A stretch of DNA of 24,901 nt from NCBI GenBank assembly GCA_039810425.1, contig JBDHWW010000042.1:1-24901 (forward strand), written 5' to 3'. A program made the position numbers and the translations under genes. The notes under the pieces were generated by a model. That model did no database searches, had not been told where the DNA came from, and worked only from the letters and a program-made list of their open reading frames with translations. Below are positions 8,014 to 16,847 of this stretch, piece after piece (positions within the stretch are counted from its first letter, which is position 1; each line of letters begins with the position of its first letter). The DNA is from Pseudobdellovibrionaceae bacterium (GTDB lineage Bacteria > Bdellovibrionota > Bdellovibrionia > Bdellovibrionales > Bdellovibrionaceae).

Positions 8014-8691
8014 CTAGTGGCTCTCTTGTTGTTCTTCTTTGATGAAGTAATTTTTAATTTTCTTTGCCAGGAAGGCGATCAAGAGAATGCCGATAATGCC
8101 CGCCAAGACCATCTTAAATTGGTGCAGGCGCTTAATGATCGGTTCGCCATAAATGGCGAGCAAATAAATTTGCGTTGGCACGCTGATCAGAACCGCGATC
8201 CCGTCAATCAACGCAAACTTCCAGATCGGAAAATGCATCATGCCGCAAGCTAAGTGCCCCGGGAAACGAATGCCCGGAGTAAAACGAAAGATCCCACAGG
8301 CCCATGAGCCATACTTCTTTGTCCAGGCCTCAACTTTCCCCATCATCTCTGGAGAAATAATCTTTTGCATGAAAGGCTTCTGTAGCACTTTCCGTCCCCA
8401 GATCCGGCCGATCATGTAGATGAGAAAATCCGCCCCAAAGACCGCCAGCACCGCGACAACGGCGGCGGTATGCATGTTCACGACCGGCGCGCCTTCGTAG
8501 GGCGGTGGGAAGTGCTGAGGGTTGCCGCCCATAAACGCCAGCACACCAATACTTACAAGTGTCACCTCTTCGGGAAGCGGCAGACCTATCGCCGACATCA
8601 GCATCATGCCGACAAGGGCCGCATAAACGAGTTCTGGCTGATACGCGTACTGGGATAACCACTGGAATATAGGCTCTTGGAAAATGCTCAA
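8014..8691 (-). CDS. dedA: DedA family membrane protein
   Basis: GLPLPEE, GAD..IY.IGR.WG and FRFTPGIR motifs with TM segments. GGAG RBS. Confidence 0.92.
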   Translation of the reverse strand: MSIFQEPIFQWLSQYAYQPELVYAALVGMMLMSAIGLPLPEEVTLVSIGVLAFMGGNPQHFPPPYEGAPVVNMHTAAVVAVLAVFGADFLIYMIGRIWGRKVLQKPFMQKIISPEMMGKVEAWTKKYGSWACGIFRFTPGIRFPGHLACGMMHFPIWKFALIDGIAVLISVPTQIYLLAIYGEPIIKRLHQFKMVLAGIIGILLIAFLAKKIKNYFIKEEQQESH

Positions 8692-8777
8692 ACTGCTCGG
8701 CTCCTATGGTTTCTACTATGGACTTTATTGCATCACTTGAACATAATCGTCACGGTGTGCTATCACAACAAAAGGTC

Positions 8778-9647
8778 ATGCAGAGCGATAACAAACTTGT
8801 GAATCAATATAATAGTGGATTTGAGTATGGTGTTAAACACATCCTCAGTCCAAAGTCTGGCTTATTAAATGATATTTTAATAAGCAGTCTTGAAATTTCA
8901 TTTTCTGAAATTGAAGAGCTTTTAAAATTAGGAAGTATTTATCTCGAAGGCCGACGCACGCGTGAGAATCAGGAAATTCTTGAAGGTGCGTATGTTCGCG
9001 TCCACACCAAACCTCGACGTTTTCCTGCGAATGATTACCATTGGGAAGAGCGAATTGTTTATCGCGATGAAAACTTCGTCGTCGTCAACAAACCGGCGGC
9101 ACTGCCAGTGCATCCAAGCGTCGACAACTGCCTTGAAAACTTGCAAGCCTATTTATCAACGCACTTGCAACAAGAGGTTTTGGTCACTCACCGCCTGGAC
9201 CTTCCCACGAGCGGCCTTCTTGTGCTGGCACGAAACCGCGAGTTCTTGGCGCTGTTTAATCGCCTGCTCGCCACCCGCGGGGTTAAGAAGTTTTATCGCG
9301 CACGCGTGCAAGGCCGCAAGCTTCAACCCGGGCTTTTGACTCATTATATGGAACCATCCCCGCGCGCGCCAAAAAATGTGAGCCTCCAGGCCCAGCCCGC
9401 ATGGCAAGAATGCCAGTTAAGAATTCTCACTGCGACCGATTTTGCCGAAGAGAACGAACAAGAAGTCACGATAGAGTTGCTCACCGGGCGCACCCATCAG
9501 ATTCGTGCACAGTTGTCTGCTTTAGGAGCGCCGATCTGCGGTGACATCATGTATGGAGCCGCAAAAAAATACGGCCTCGAGCAAATTGATCTCGAGGCCG
9601 AAACTCTTGAATTCTTAGATTTTAAATTTACAACGAAGCGTTCGTGA
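8778..9647 (+). CDS. RluA/RluD family RNA pseudouridine synthase with an S4-like N-terminus
   Basis: VVNKPAALPVH, HRLDLPTSG (catalytic Asp), TGRTHQIRAQL and PICGDIMYG. The start is uncertain (8706-8778). Confidence 0.92.
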   Translation: MQSDNKLVNQYNSGFEYGVKHILSPKSGLLNDILISSLEISFSEIEELLKLGSIYLEGRRTRENQEILEGAYVRVHTKPRRFPANDYHWEERIVYRDENFVVVNKPAALPVHPSVDNCLENLQAYLSTHLQQEVLVTHRLDLPTSGLLVLARNREFLALFNRLLATRGVKKFYRARVQGRKLQPGLLTHYMEPSPRAPKNVSLQAQPAWQECQLRILTATDFAEENEQEVTIELLTGRTHQIRAQLSALGAPICGDIMYGAAKKYGLEQIDLEAETLEFLDFKFTTKRS

Positions 9648-10503
9648 TCAAGAGAACGTTGTTCTCTTCTGGCCGCCCGACAGCGACGTCATCGCGACGG
9701 TCCGCAACTGAAAACTTATTCTCGGCACTGAGTGTGAAGTTCAAACCCTTCATCGCAAAGATATCCAAGCCCACAGCCAGCTTCGCACTGGTGGCGCGAG
9801 AGCTTACGCGTGGATTTTGCGACTTATTGTAGAACGTATCGATAAAGCCAACAGATGGCTTCAAAGTGAATGTCTTATTGAAGCTCAAGCCATACTCCAC
9901 GTAGTGCTCGATTTCAAAAACCTTGGTGGTGTTTTCTTGGCCTTTAGCATTGAAGTTTGAGAAGCGGGATTGAACATAAAAATCCGGCTTCATAGCGTAG
10001 GTCAAAGAATCAAAGCGGCCGATGGTCATAGAGATAAAAGTTTCAGGGCGGAACTTCAGGATCATCCCTTGCGCTTGGGAAGAATCACTTGTCGGCGCAT
10101 AGAATTTGAAGCTGGTAGAAACGTTTGCGGGTCCCAAACTCGCAATTTCGTAATCGGCATAAACGATGTGAGCGTCGCCGAGAACCGTGCCGTCGTTAGT
10201 GACCTGGTTACCGCGGTTATCAGTGCCTTGAGACGTGTATTGGAACACGGGGCGGACCGACAGACGCCGCGTCTTTGAGAATTTATAGTTCAGTGCGAGG
10301 TAGTTGTAGGCAAAGACGGAAGCTCCTTGGCCGATTTGATTTTGTGGAGCTGTTGCCAAGCTAAAGAAGCTGACCCCCCAAGGAGAAACGGGCGCCGAAC
10401 TGGCCTCCACCATACGGATGCCTGAAGTCCCCTCTTGAGCTTGAACTGTCAGGGCAGCCGTGAAAAGAGCCGCAATTACTAGAAGAGAACGCCACAAAAC
10501 CAT
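9628..10503 (-). CDS. Secreted hypothetical protein, probable outer-membrane beta-barrel
   Basis: ATG 10503 follows GGTGGGGGA. Signal peptide ends VQA and there are many alternating amphipathic strands (YNYLALNYKF, YVEYGLSF, LAVGLDIF, LNFTLSAEN). It overlaps the RluA stop by 20 nt. Confidence 0.7.
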   Translation of the reverse strand: MVLWRSLLVIAALFTAALTVQAQEGTSGIRMVEASSAPVSPWGVSFFSLATAPQNQIGQGASVFAYNYLALNYKFSKTRRLSVRPVFQYTSQGTDNRGNQVTNDGTVLGDAHIVYADYEIASLGPANVSTSFKFYAPTSDSSQAQGMILKFRPETFISMTIGRFDSLTYAMKPDFYVQSRFSNFNAKGQENTTKVFEIEHYVEYGLSFNKTFTLKPSVGFIDTFYNKSQNPRVSSRATSAKLAVGLDIFAMKGLNFTLSAENKFSVADRRDDVAVGRPEENNVLLITNASL

Positions 10504-10662
10504 GAATCCCCCACCCGCTTGATTTGCACGATCTTCGTACAAAAACTCCATGGCCTTATGCCATATTTCGGCACTCTACACAATGCAACACTTTGCGCAA
10601 TAACCAATTCCTGACGGAACTACTGCTTGCCCCGCCTTAAAAACTCCAACATGCTGACCCCT

Positions 10663-11820
10663 ATGAAAAAATTACTCTCAAAAATGCCTGTTTTTGCAGC
10701 ATCCTCTGTCGCCATTTTCCTTCTCGCATGCACGACGTCCGGAACGAAAACATCGGCCACGGCCGATCTTGCCGGCACGACCAAATCTGCGAATGAAATC
10801 AGTGTTATGAATTTCAACGTCGAGAACCTCTTCGATGCGACTCATGACGAAAAACGCGATGATCAAACCTACTTGCCGCTGGCGCAAAAACAAACGCCGG
10901 AGCACAAAGCCCTCTGTGCGCAGATCGCTCAGATCCATTATCGCAATGAATGTCTCAAGCTCGACTGGAGCGAAGACGTCGTAAACGCGAAACTTAAAAA
11001 CGTGTCGCAAGTTATACTCGGTGTGGACGGCCAAGGCCCTGACATCCTCATCATGGAAGAAGTTGAAAACGACCGCATTCTTGGCCGCTTGAACAAGGAC
11101 TATCTCGCGAAAGCCGGATACCAAACCCAGGTTTTGATCGAAGGCCCGGACGAGCGGGGGATTGATGTCGCACTTCTTTCTCGCTTTCCGATGGTGGGCA
11201 CCGCGGATCTTCATAAGATTCCTTATCTTCCTAAGAACGATCATGACAAAGAGTGGATGGCCAAGTCCCGCGGCATTCTCGATGTGAAGCTGAAGCTTCC
11301 TAACGGCGAAACTTTGACAGTGCTCGGCGCACACTTCCCGTCTCAGGCGAATCCACGTTACTGGCGCGAACAGGCCGTTGAATATTTAACAAAACTTATT
11401 GCGGACAAATCAGCAAAAGGCATGGTGATCGCAAGCGGTGACCTCAATATCACTCACAACGAAGAAGTGGACGCCCGTTTCTTCCATGATGGTTTTTCGA
11501 AAGTGGCGCTGGTTTCCCACCTTGTTGGGTGCAAAAAGTGCGACGGCACTTATAACTACCGCAAAGAGTGGTCGTTCCTTGATGTCTTGATGTTCTCTAA
11601 AAATATGGGCGATCTGGGACCTTCGAGTTATAAGTTGGAACCCGACACTATCACGGTCGTAAATAAAGACCCGATTCATGTTTGGGGTCAGTATCCAAAG
11701 CGCTTTATGCCCGAGAAAAAAGAGGGCGTCTCGGATCACTTTCCTCTCTATGCAAGAATTATTTTGCGAGCGCCTGCAAAAGCCACCGCAGAGCCGGCCG
11801 TTCCCGCGGTCGCGAAGTAG
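10663..11820 (+). CDS. Endonuclease/exonuclease/phosphatase (EEP) family lipoprotein
   Basis: Lipobox LLAC and motifs NFNVENLFD, PDILIMEEVEN, D.RGIDVALLS, HFPS, GDLN, LD and SDHFP. The start is uncertain. Confidence 0.9.
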   Translation: MKKLLSKMPVFAASSVAIFLLACTTSGTKTSATADLAGTTKSANEISVMNFNVENLFDATHDEKRDDQTYLPLAQKQTPEHKALCAQIAQIHYRNECLKLDWSEDVVNAKLKNVSQVILGVDGQGPDILIMEEVENDRILGRLNKDYLAKAGYQTQVLIEGPDERGIDVALLSRFPMVGTADLHKIPYLPKNDHDKEWMAKSRGILDVKLKLPNGETLTVLGAHFPSQANPRYWREQAVEYLTKLIADKSAKGMVIASGDLNITHNEEVDARFFHDGFSKVALVSHLVGCKKCDGTYNYRKEWSFLDVLMFSKNMGDLGPSSYKLEPDTITVVNKDPIHVWGQYPKRFMPEKKEGVSDHFPLYARIILRAPAKATAEPAVPAVAK

Positions 11821-11868
11821 ATCAAAAAATTTTCACAAATAAAAACGCGTCTTCACGCGAGCGAGGGC

Positions 11869-11942
11869 GTCTCGTTGTGAGACTTTCTTCCGCCTCGCCC
11901 CGCAGCCCTGAAGAACTGTCTCATTTTGAGGTGAAATGAGAC
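11869..11942. promoter_or_regulatory. Cluster of GTCTCA-N3-TGAGAC-like palindromes upstream of the cytochrome operon
   Basis: GTCTCGTTGTGAGAC (11869-11883), GTCTCATTTTGAGGT (11918-11932) and a half-site TGAGAC (11937-11942). Confidence 0.6.
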
Positions 11943-11985
11943 CGCCTGCGAATCGCGCCAACAACAATTTATTTTCAATTTTCCC

Positions 11986-12013
11986 TACACGCTTCGCCCC
12001 CAAATGCCGAAAA
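11986..12013 (+). promoter_or_regulatory. Possible sigma28-type promoter
   Basis: TACA-N16-GCCGAAAA versus consensus TAAA-N15-GCCGATAA. It would place the transcription start near 12020. Confidence 0.35.
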
Positions 12014-12024
12014 ATAAGAGTCCA

Positions 12025-12160
12025 CTGATCAGAGATTTGACGCCTGATCAGCGTTCACTCGACACTCACAACTGTGCCTAGTCCCGCATTGAGAACGCGG
12101 GAGATTGTCTATTCTCAGCAGCGTCATACCGGGACACAATGGTTGTAGGTCTTGATGAAC
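12025..12160 (+). ncRNA. Candidate structured 5' leader RNA
   Basis: Nested complementary segments GTTCA/TGAAC, GAC/GTC, ACAAC/GTTGT, GTCCCG/CGGGAC and TGAGAA/TTCTCA, plus an alternative TCCCGC/GCGGGA hairpin. The outer stem ends immediately before the RBS. Confidence 0.45.
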
Positions 12161-12170
12161 AGGAGGGGGA

Positions 12171-13448
12171 ATGAAGTTCATCGTCTATTCACTCATTACT
12201 TTGGGGATCGCTGGAGTGTTGACAGAACTGGCAAACGCGCAAGTGAGGCCAGATATCTCTGCTGCCAATCCCACTGCGATGGATCAGAAAGCTCGCAAAA
12301 TATATGAGCGCCTGACTGGTACGAAACTACCAGCGGACAGCCCTGTCATCGCTCAAATGGTGGCTTTATTGAATAAAGGCGATCTGGCGGGAGCTGCTCA
12401 GATTGCAACAGCGGATCCTAATTTTTTAAACATCACTGTGAAGCTCATGGCGTTAGAAATGTCCACGCGAGATGAGACGATTAAAACTCCGCTCAATGAC
12501 ATGGTGGCTGGAATCATCGGGGTCACCCGGGACCAGACAGATGCCCGTGAACTTTTGACGGGTAACTTCTACTATGTTGGAAGTGGCACTAATGTTCGTG
12601 TTGATTTGAACGCAGACATCCTCCTGTCTAATAATCACTACGCGGATTTAGAGTCGACTCGCCAGGACTTGGCGGCAAATCTGGTTCGGGTTGAGGGACA
12701 AAAGATCGCGACAAGCGCGACGACCAACGTCGCCAACCCAGATCCGGCCGGTGTTTTGACTTCTCGTGCCTTCATGGGCGCCCATGCCTTGATGGGCACA
12801 AATCGCCGCTTGGTTGAATATACTTTCCGCGAGTTCGCCTGCGTGCCACTCAGTGAATGGGCGGACACGGGGGCTTCTGACTTGCGTATCGGCCGCGATA
12901 TCGACCGCTTCCCTGCCGCTGACCATATGAAGTTCTTAACTTCTTGTAAAGGCTGCCACACTGTGATGGACGGATTCCGCGGGGCTTTCGCCAACTGGGA
13001 CTTCGACGGCATGGGCCTTAAGAATGCGACAGTCAACACGAAAGGCGGCGCAAGCGCCTTCGTGATTGCCGCCGATGGCAACAACGTTGTTACGAAAATG
13101 AACCGCAACAACACGGTCTTCCCGTCTGGTTACGTCATGACGAACAATACGTGGGTGAACAATGCGATTCGCCCCGCCAACGCCTCGTTCTTCGAATGGC
13201 GCGGCAGCACTTCCGGGGAAACTCTCGGTGGCACTGGCGTGAAGTCGTTCGGTACCTTGGTGGCGAACTCGCGCCGTTTCAGCCAATGCATGGCCAAACG
13301 CGTGTATAAATCAGTTTGCCGCAAGGAACTCGATACGGTGGCAAATAAGGAAAAACTGAAACAATGGGGCGATGAATTCGAAGCTTCCGGTTACAAAATC
13401 AAGAAGCTTTATGAAAACGTGGCTACTAAAACTGAGTGCTTAAACTAG
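12171..13448 (+). CDS. Secreted mono-heme c-type cytochrome-like protein (DUF1588/DUF1585-like)
   Basis: RBS AGGAGGGGG, signal peptide ending ANA and CKGCH at 12945-12959. AGVLTSRAF...TNRR...F..FAC and a C-terminal F.QCMAKRVYK..C resemble DUF1588/DUF1585 modules. Confidence 0.75.
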   Translation: MKFIVYSLITLGIAGVLTELANAQVRPDISAANPTAMDQKARKIYERLTGTKLPADSPVIAQMVALLNKGDLAGAAQIATADPNFLNITVKLMALEMSTRDETIKTPLNDMVAGIIGVTRDQTDARELLTGNFYYVGSGTNVRVDLNADILLSNNHYADLESTRQDLAANLVRVEGQKIATSATTNVANPDPAGVLTSRAFMGAHALMGTNRRLVEYTFREFACVPLSEWADTGASDLRIGRDIDRFPAADHMKFLTSCKGCHTVMDGFRGAFANWDFDGMGLKNATVNTKGGASAFVIAADGNNVVTKMNRNNTVFPSGYVMTNNTWVNNAIRPANASFFEWRGSTSGETLGGTGVKSFGTLVANSRRFSQCMAKRVYKSVCRKELDTVANKEKLKQWGDEFEASGYKIKKLYENVATKTECLN

Positions 13449-13457
13449 GAGGGGACT

Positions 13458-14129
13458 ATGACGAATAAATATTTAAAAATCATGTTAGTTCTAGTTCCTT
13501 CAATGGCGGTTGCGCTCTTCGGCTTCAATAACTGCGGACGCTATGGCGCCCTTCAAGATTCCGGTTCTTCAGACAGCTCCTCTTTAGGAAGCAGTTCTGC
13601 AGACGAAGTAAACTCCGAGAAGCTGGGCCTTCCTTATGCCCTTCTCTCGGCAGAGCAGACCCTTTCGTCGATGCTAAAGCTTGGCAACGTAACTACTGCC
13701 AGCACCGCGGTTATCAATGAATATAACAGCCGTTATGGCTCACTGGCTGCGGGAAATGACCTCAGTATGGTGAACGGTCCATTGATGCTGGGCTCGACAA
13801 GCCTTGCCGGTGAGGTCTGCAACAGCGTGGTCGCTCAAGAAAGGGCGATTACGGATGTCACCCAAAGAAACTTCTTTGGAAGCATCAACTTTGCCACCGG
13901 CGTCGCCGGCATTTCTGATGAAAACTTCGAAGCGGCTGTTCGCGGCATGGCTCGGCAGTTCTGGGGCCGCAACGAAAACATGGATGAGCTGACAATGTTG
14001 AAACAGTATAAAACTGAGTTCAGCGATGCCTTGGCTGCCAACGTGCGCACTCAAACGGCCTCGGCCAGCAACTTGATGCTGGCGACTTGCGCGGCAATGC
14101 TTTCAGCGGTGGATGCGATTTCATACTAG
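13458..14129 (+). CDS. Hypothetical lipoprotein (operon gene 2)
   Basis: RBS AGGAGGGG, lipobox FNNC and a Ser-rich linker. The helical C-terminus (ARQFWGRN...ATCAAMLS) is reminiscent of DUF1595-like partner domains. Confidence 0.8.
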   Translation: MTNKYLKIMLVLVPSMAVALFGFNNCGRYGALQDSGSSDSSSLGSSSADEVNSEKLGLPYALLSAEQTLSSMLKLGNVTTASTAVINEYNSRYGSLAAGNDLSMVNGPLMLGSTSLAGEVCNSVVAQERAITDVTQRNFFGSINFATGVAGISDENFEAAVRGMARQFWGRNENMDELTMLKQYKTEFSDALAANVRTQTASASNLMLATCAAMLSAVDAISY

Positions 14130-14174
14130 GTTTTTAAAATTCTAAGAGAGTTGTTATTTTCTCGGGGGGAGAAG

Positions 14175-15590
14175 ATGAGTAAAAACAAAAAAGACATACC
14201 TATGTGGGCGAAAACCGGTCATGCAAAACCGGTCACCCGCCGTGACTTTCTCTCTGCCGGCCTGATTCCGTTTGCGGCGAATATGTTTGTACCTAACTGG
14301 ATGTCCCTTTTGATCGGAAACAATGCCTTTGGCCAAACAACGGCTGCGGACTGCCCTGCTCCGGCATCGCTCATTCCCTTTGTGACCGTGAACCTCTCAG
14401 GTGGCGCGGCGATGGCGAGCAACTTCGTGCCAATGGATGCGGGTCGGCAACCTATTTCCAGCTACAACAAACTCGGTCTTGGCGACAACAAGGTGCCCCT
14501 TGAAACAGAATTCGGGAATGCGACTTTTGCCGCAAACCAAGTCAGTAAATTCCTCGTCGGCGTGCGCGCTCAAGCCATGGCCGCAACGATTGCAAATACG
14601 ACTTTCATTGGGATTCCTTGCGACTCCCAGAACGATACGAACACCAATAAATTCGATATTTCCGGCGCGATCACGAAAGCTGGTTTGGTAGGGTCCAACT
14701 TGCCAAATATGGGCCGCGTGAATACGCGCACCGGCATCAATCAAATGGCGGCCGTGGTTTCCCCGCCTTCCCCGCTCGTGGTGAACAATTACAACTCCTT
14801 GCTCACTTCGATTGGTTATAGCGCTTCGTTAGGAACCGCATTAAATCAAAACCAAAAGAACTCTTTGGCAAAACTGATGAGTAACTTGAGCGACAGTCAG
14901 ACTCGTAAGTTGGCTGCGATCCAAGGTGGTGAGGGTGTGAAGAAAGTTTTGGACTGCGCCGGCATTAAAAACGTCGACGTTGTTCAAAAAGGCTCTGCCA
15001 TCGTGGATCCACGCCAGAATACCGCGTTTGCCGGCGTTTGGGGCGTGAATACCAACACCAACGTTGGGACGCGCGAGTTGATTTTCGGTGCGATGATTTA
15101 CAATACCTTGATTGGTCAAGCTGGCGTTTCAAATCTCGAACTGGGTGGTTACGACTACCACGACAACACTCGTACCAGTGGCGATACGAAAGACCAAGAC
15201 GCCGGTGTTGTTGTCGGCCGCATCTTACAAAGTGCGGCTGTGCTGCAAAAGCCTGTGATGGTCTACGTTGTTTCTGATGGTTCTGTTTCTTCGTCTGAAT
15301 CAACGGCAAGAAATGCTCCCTGGGCCGGCGACCGTGGCTCTAACGGCGTGGCTTACTTGCTGTACTACGACCCGAGCGGCCGACCCGCAACCAGTGACTT
15401 CCAGATCGGTCAGTTCAATGACAACCAGGCCGCGGATCCTACGTTTGTGACGGGCGCAAATCCTGAACTTACGGCGGCTGCGGTGTTTGCGAATTGGTGT
15501 CAAGCCAACAAACGTAACGACTTGTTTGAGCGGGTGGCGGGCCGTATTCTGGACACCAACCAACTGGCGCAAGTTATTAAGATAGCGTAG
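14175..15590 (+). CDS. Tat-exported DUF1501/DUF1552-like putative metalloenzyme
   Basis: ATG 14175 follows GGGGGGAG. Twin-arginine TRRDFL at 14235-14252. NLSGGA, GGYDYHD and VVSDG parallel the DUF1501 motifs LxGG, GGWDTH and SEFG. Confidence 0.7.
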   Translation: MSKNKKDIPMWAKTGHAKPVTRRDFLSAGLIPFAANMFVPNWMSLLIGNNAFGQTTAADCPAPASLIPFVTVNLSGGAAMASNFVPMDAGRQPISSYNKLGLGDNKVPLETEFGNATFAANQVSKFLVGVRAQAMAATIANTTFIGIPCDSQNDTNTNKFDISGAITKAGLVGSNLPNMGRVNTRTGINQMAAVVSPPSPLVVNNYNSLLTSIGYSASLGTALNQNQKNSLAKLMSNLSDSQTRKLAAIQGGEGVKKVLDCAGIKNVDVVQKGSAIVDPRQNTAFAGVWGVNTNTNVGTRELIFGAMIYNTLIGQAGVSNLELGGYDYHDNTRTSGDTKDQDAGVVVGRILQSAAVLQKPVMVYVVSDGSVSSSESTARNAPWAGDRGSNGVAYLLYYDPSGRPATSDFQIGQFNDNQAADPTFVTGANPELTAAAVFANWCQANKRNDLFERVAGRILDTNQLAQVIKIA

Positions 15591-15638
15591 TCTTTGATAG
15601 ATCGCATTTCTGGTACGTTTTTGTTTTTTGGGGGAAGA

Positions 15639-16826
15639 GTGAACTCTATATTAAAGCTAAAACACATGCTTTGGGCAGCAGGAGCCATCGTGCTCGTTGT
15701 GGCCTTTAATAACTGCGGCGAAGGATTCGTCGCGCAAAATCTCAGCAGCCTCTCCGGCGGCTCCGCGCTGTTCTCCAGGGCGCCAGGGGAAAGCTGCGAA
15801 GATGCCCTCGTGAAGGTCTATGCCAACACTTACCACCCTTTCCTTAGCCAGACATGTAACAGCTGCCACATCAACGGTCCGGGCCTCGGTGTTTTCGCGA
15901 GCTCTAACGTCGCGACTTCTTACACTTCTTTTTCATCCATCGGCGCTGACAAAATCAGCAGCCAGGCTGTGAATGACTCTCACAAACCGCCTTATACGGG
16001 CTCGCAAAACACGGATCGCATTAACGAACTGAAATCCTACTGGGCCGCTGCTCAGACGGCTTATGCCGCTTGTTCTGCTGAGGCCGGCGGTTCAGCCGGC
16101 GGCTTCGCGGTTAAATCAACAGACCGACAAGTCGCCGCGACCCTTGCGACGACTTTCACCCGTATGGAGTGGGACCTTGAAACTCAAAGTAATGGGAAAG
16201 TTCCTTTGATTGCGGGCATCGACATTCGCCGTGCCGTTTTGGCAGGCGTGACTCGAGGTTATGAGTTCCGCAATCCAACTCTGCGTTTGAAAAACGCGGC
16301 TTCTGGCAACTATCAGGCACGCGCCCTCGCCATTTATATCAACGGAACATTACAATCAGAAGTAACGACTTATGCCAATATCGACCAAGTGATCTCAACG
16401 ACTACGGATATGAATCTGTCCGCGGGAACCGCCAATGCCTTGGCGGTGATGACTCCGAGTACGACCGATATGATAGCGATCGAGTGGCAAAAGCTCGGTT
16501 CAACGACTGGAGCGGCGAACCCTGGCGGAGGTGGCGGCGGTGGTACAGGAACGCCGACACCGACTCCTGTGCCTTCGGGTCCGGTGACGTACGCGCAGCT
16601 TTCTGCTAATGGCGGCCTTTTTGCGACATATTGCTTCAACTGCCATAAAGGCGCTGGGGCTAGTGGTAGCTTGGATTTGACGGTCTATGCGAACGCCAAG
16701 AATGCCGCGCAGAATATCAAGTCCCGCATTAACAACCAGAACAATCCAATGCCTACGGGCGGCTTGCTCCTGCAGGCTCAACGTGATGTGATTAGCGCTT
16801 GGGTGGACCAAGGAGCTCCGCCGTAA
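15639..16826 (+). CDS. Di-heme c-type cytochrome lipoprotein
   Basis: GTG 15639 follows GGGGGAAG. Lipobox FNNC, CNSCH (15855-15869) and CFNCH (16632-16646), a G7-TGTPTPTP linker, and a C-terminal MPxGxL...I..WVxQGA cytochrome domain. Confidence 0.85.
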   Translation: MNSILKLKHMLWAAGAIVLVVAFNNCGEGFVAQNLSSLSGGSALFSRAPGESCEDALVKVYANTYHPFLSQTCNSCHINGPGLGVFASSNVATSYTSFSSIGADKISSQAVNDSHKPPYTGSQNTDRINELKSYWAAAQTAYAACSAEAGGSAGGFAVKSTDRQVAATLATTFTRMEWDLETQSNGKVPLIAGIDIRRAVLAGVTRGYEFRNPTLRLKNAASGNYQARALAIYINGTLQSEVTTYANIDQVISTTTDMNLSAGTANALAVMTPSTTDMIAIEWQKLGSTTGAANPGGGGGGGTGTPTPTPVPSGPVTYAQLSANGGLFATYCFNCHKGAGASGSLDLTVYANAKNAAQNIKSRINNQNNPMPTGGLLLQAQRDVISAWVDQGAPP

Positions 16827-16847
16827 CAAGTGTCGCGTGAGGATATC

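Noticed and set aside
12053..12160. 6S RNA or SRP RNA identity for the rod-like leader
   Set aside because: It is too short for 6S, has no terminator and abuts an RBS. The SRP CAGG..GGAA..AGCAG motif is absent.
16523..16570. Tandem repeat or phase-variable tract
   Set aside because: It is a Gly/Thr-Pro linker with varied synonymous codons, not a perfect DNA repeat.
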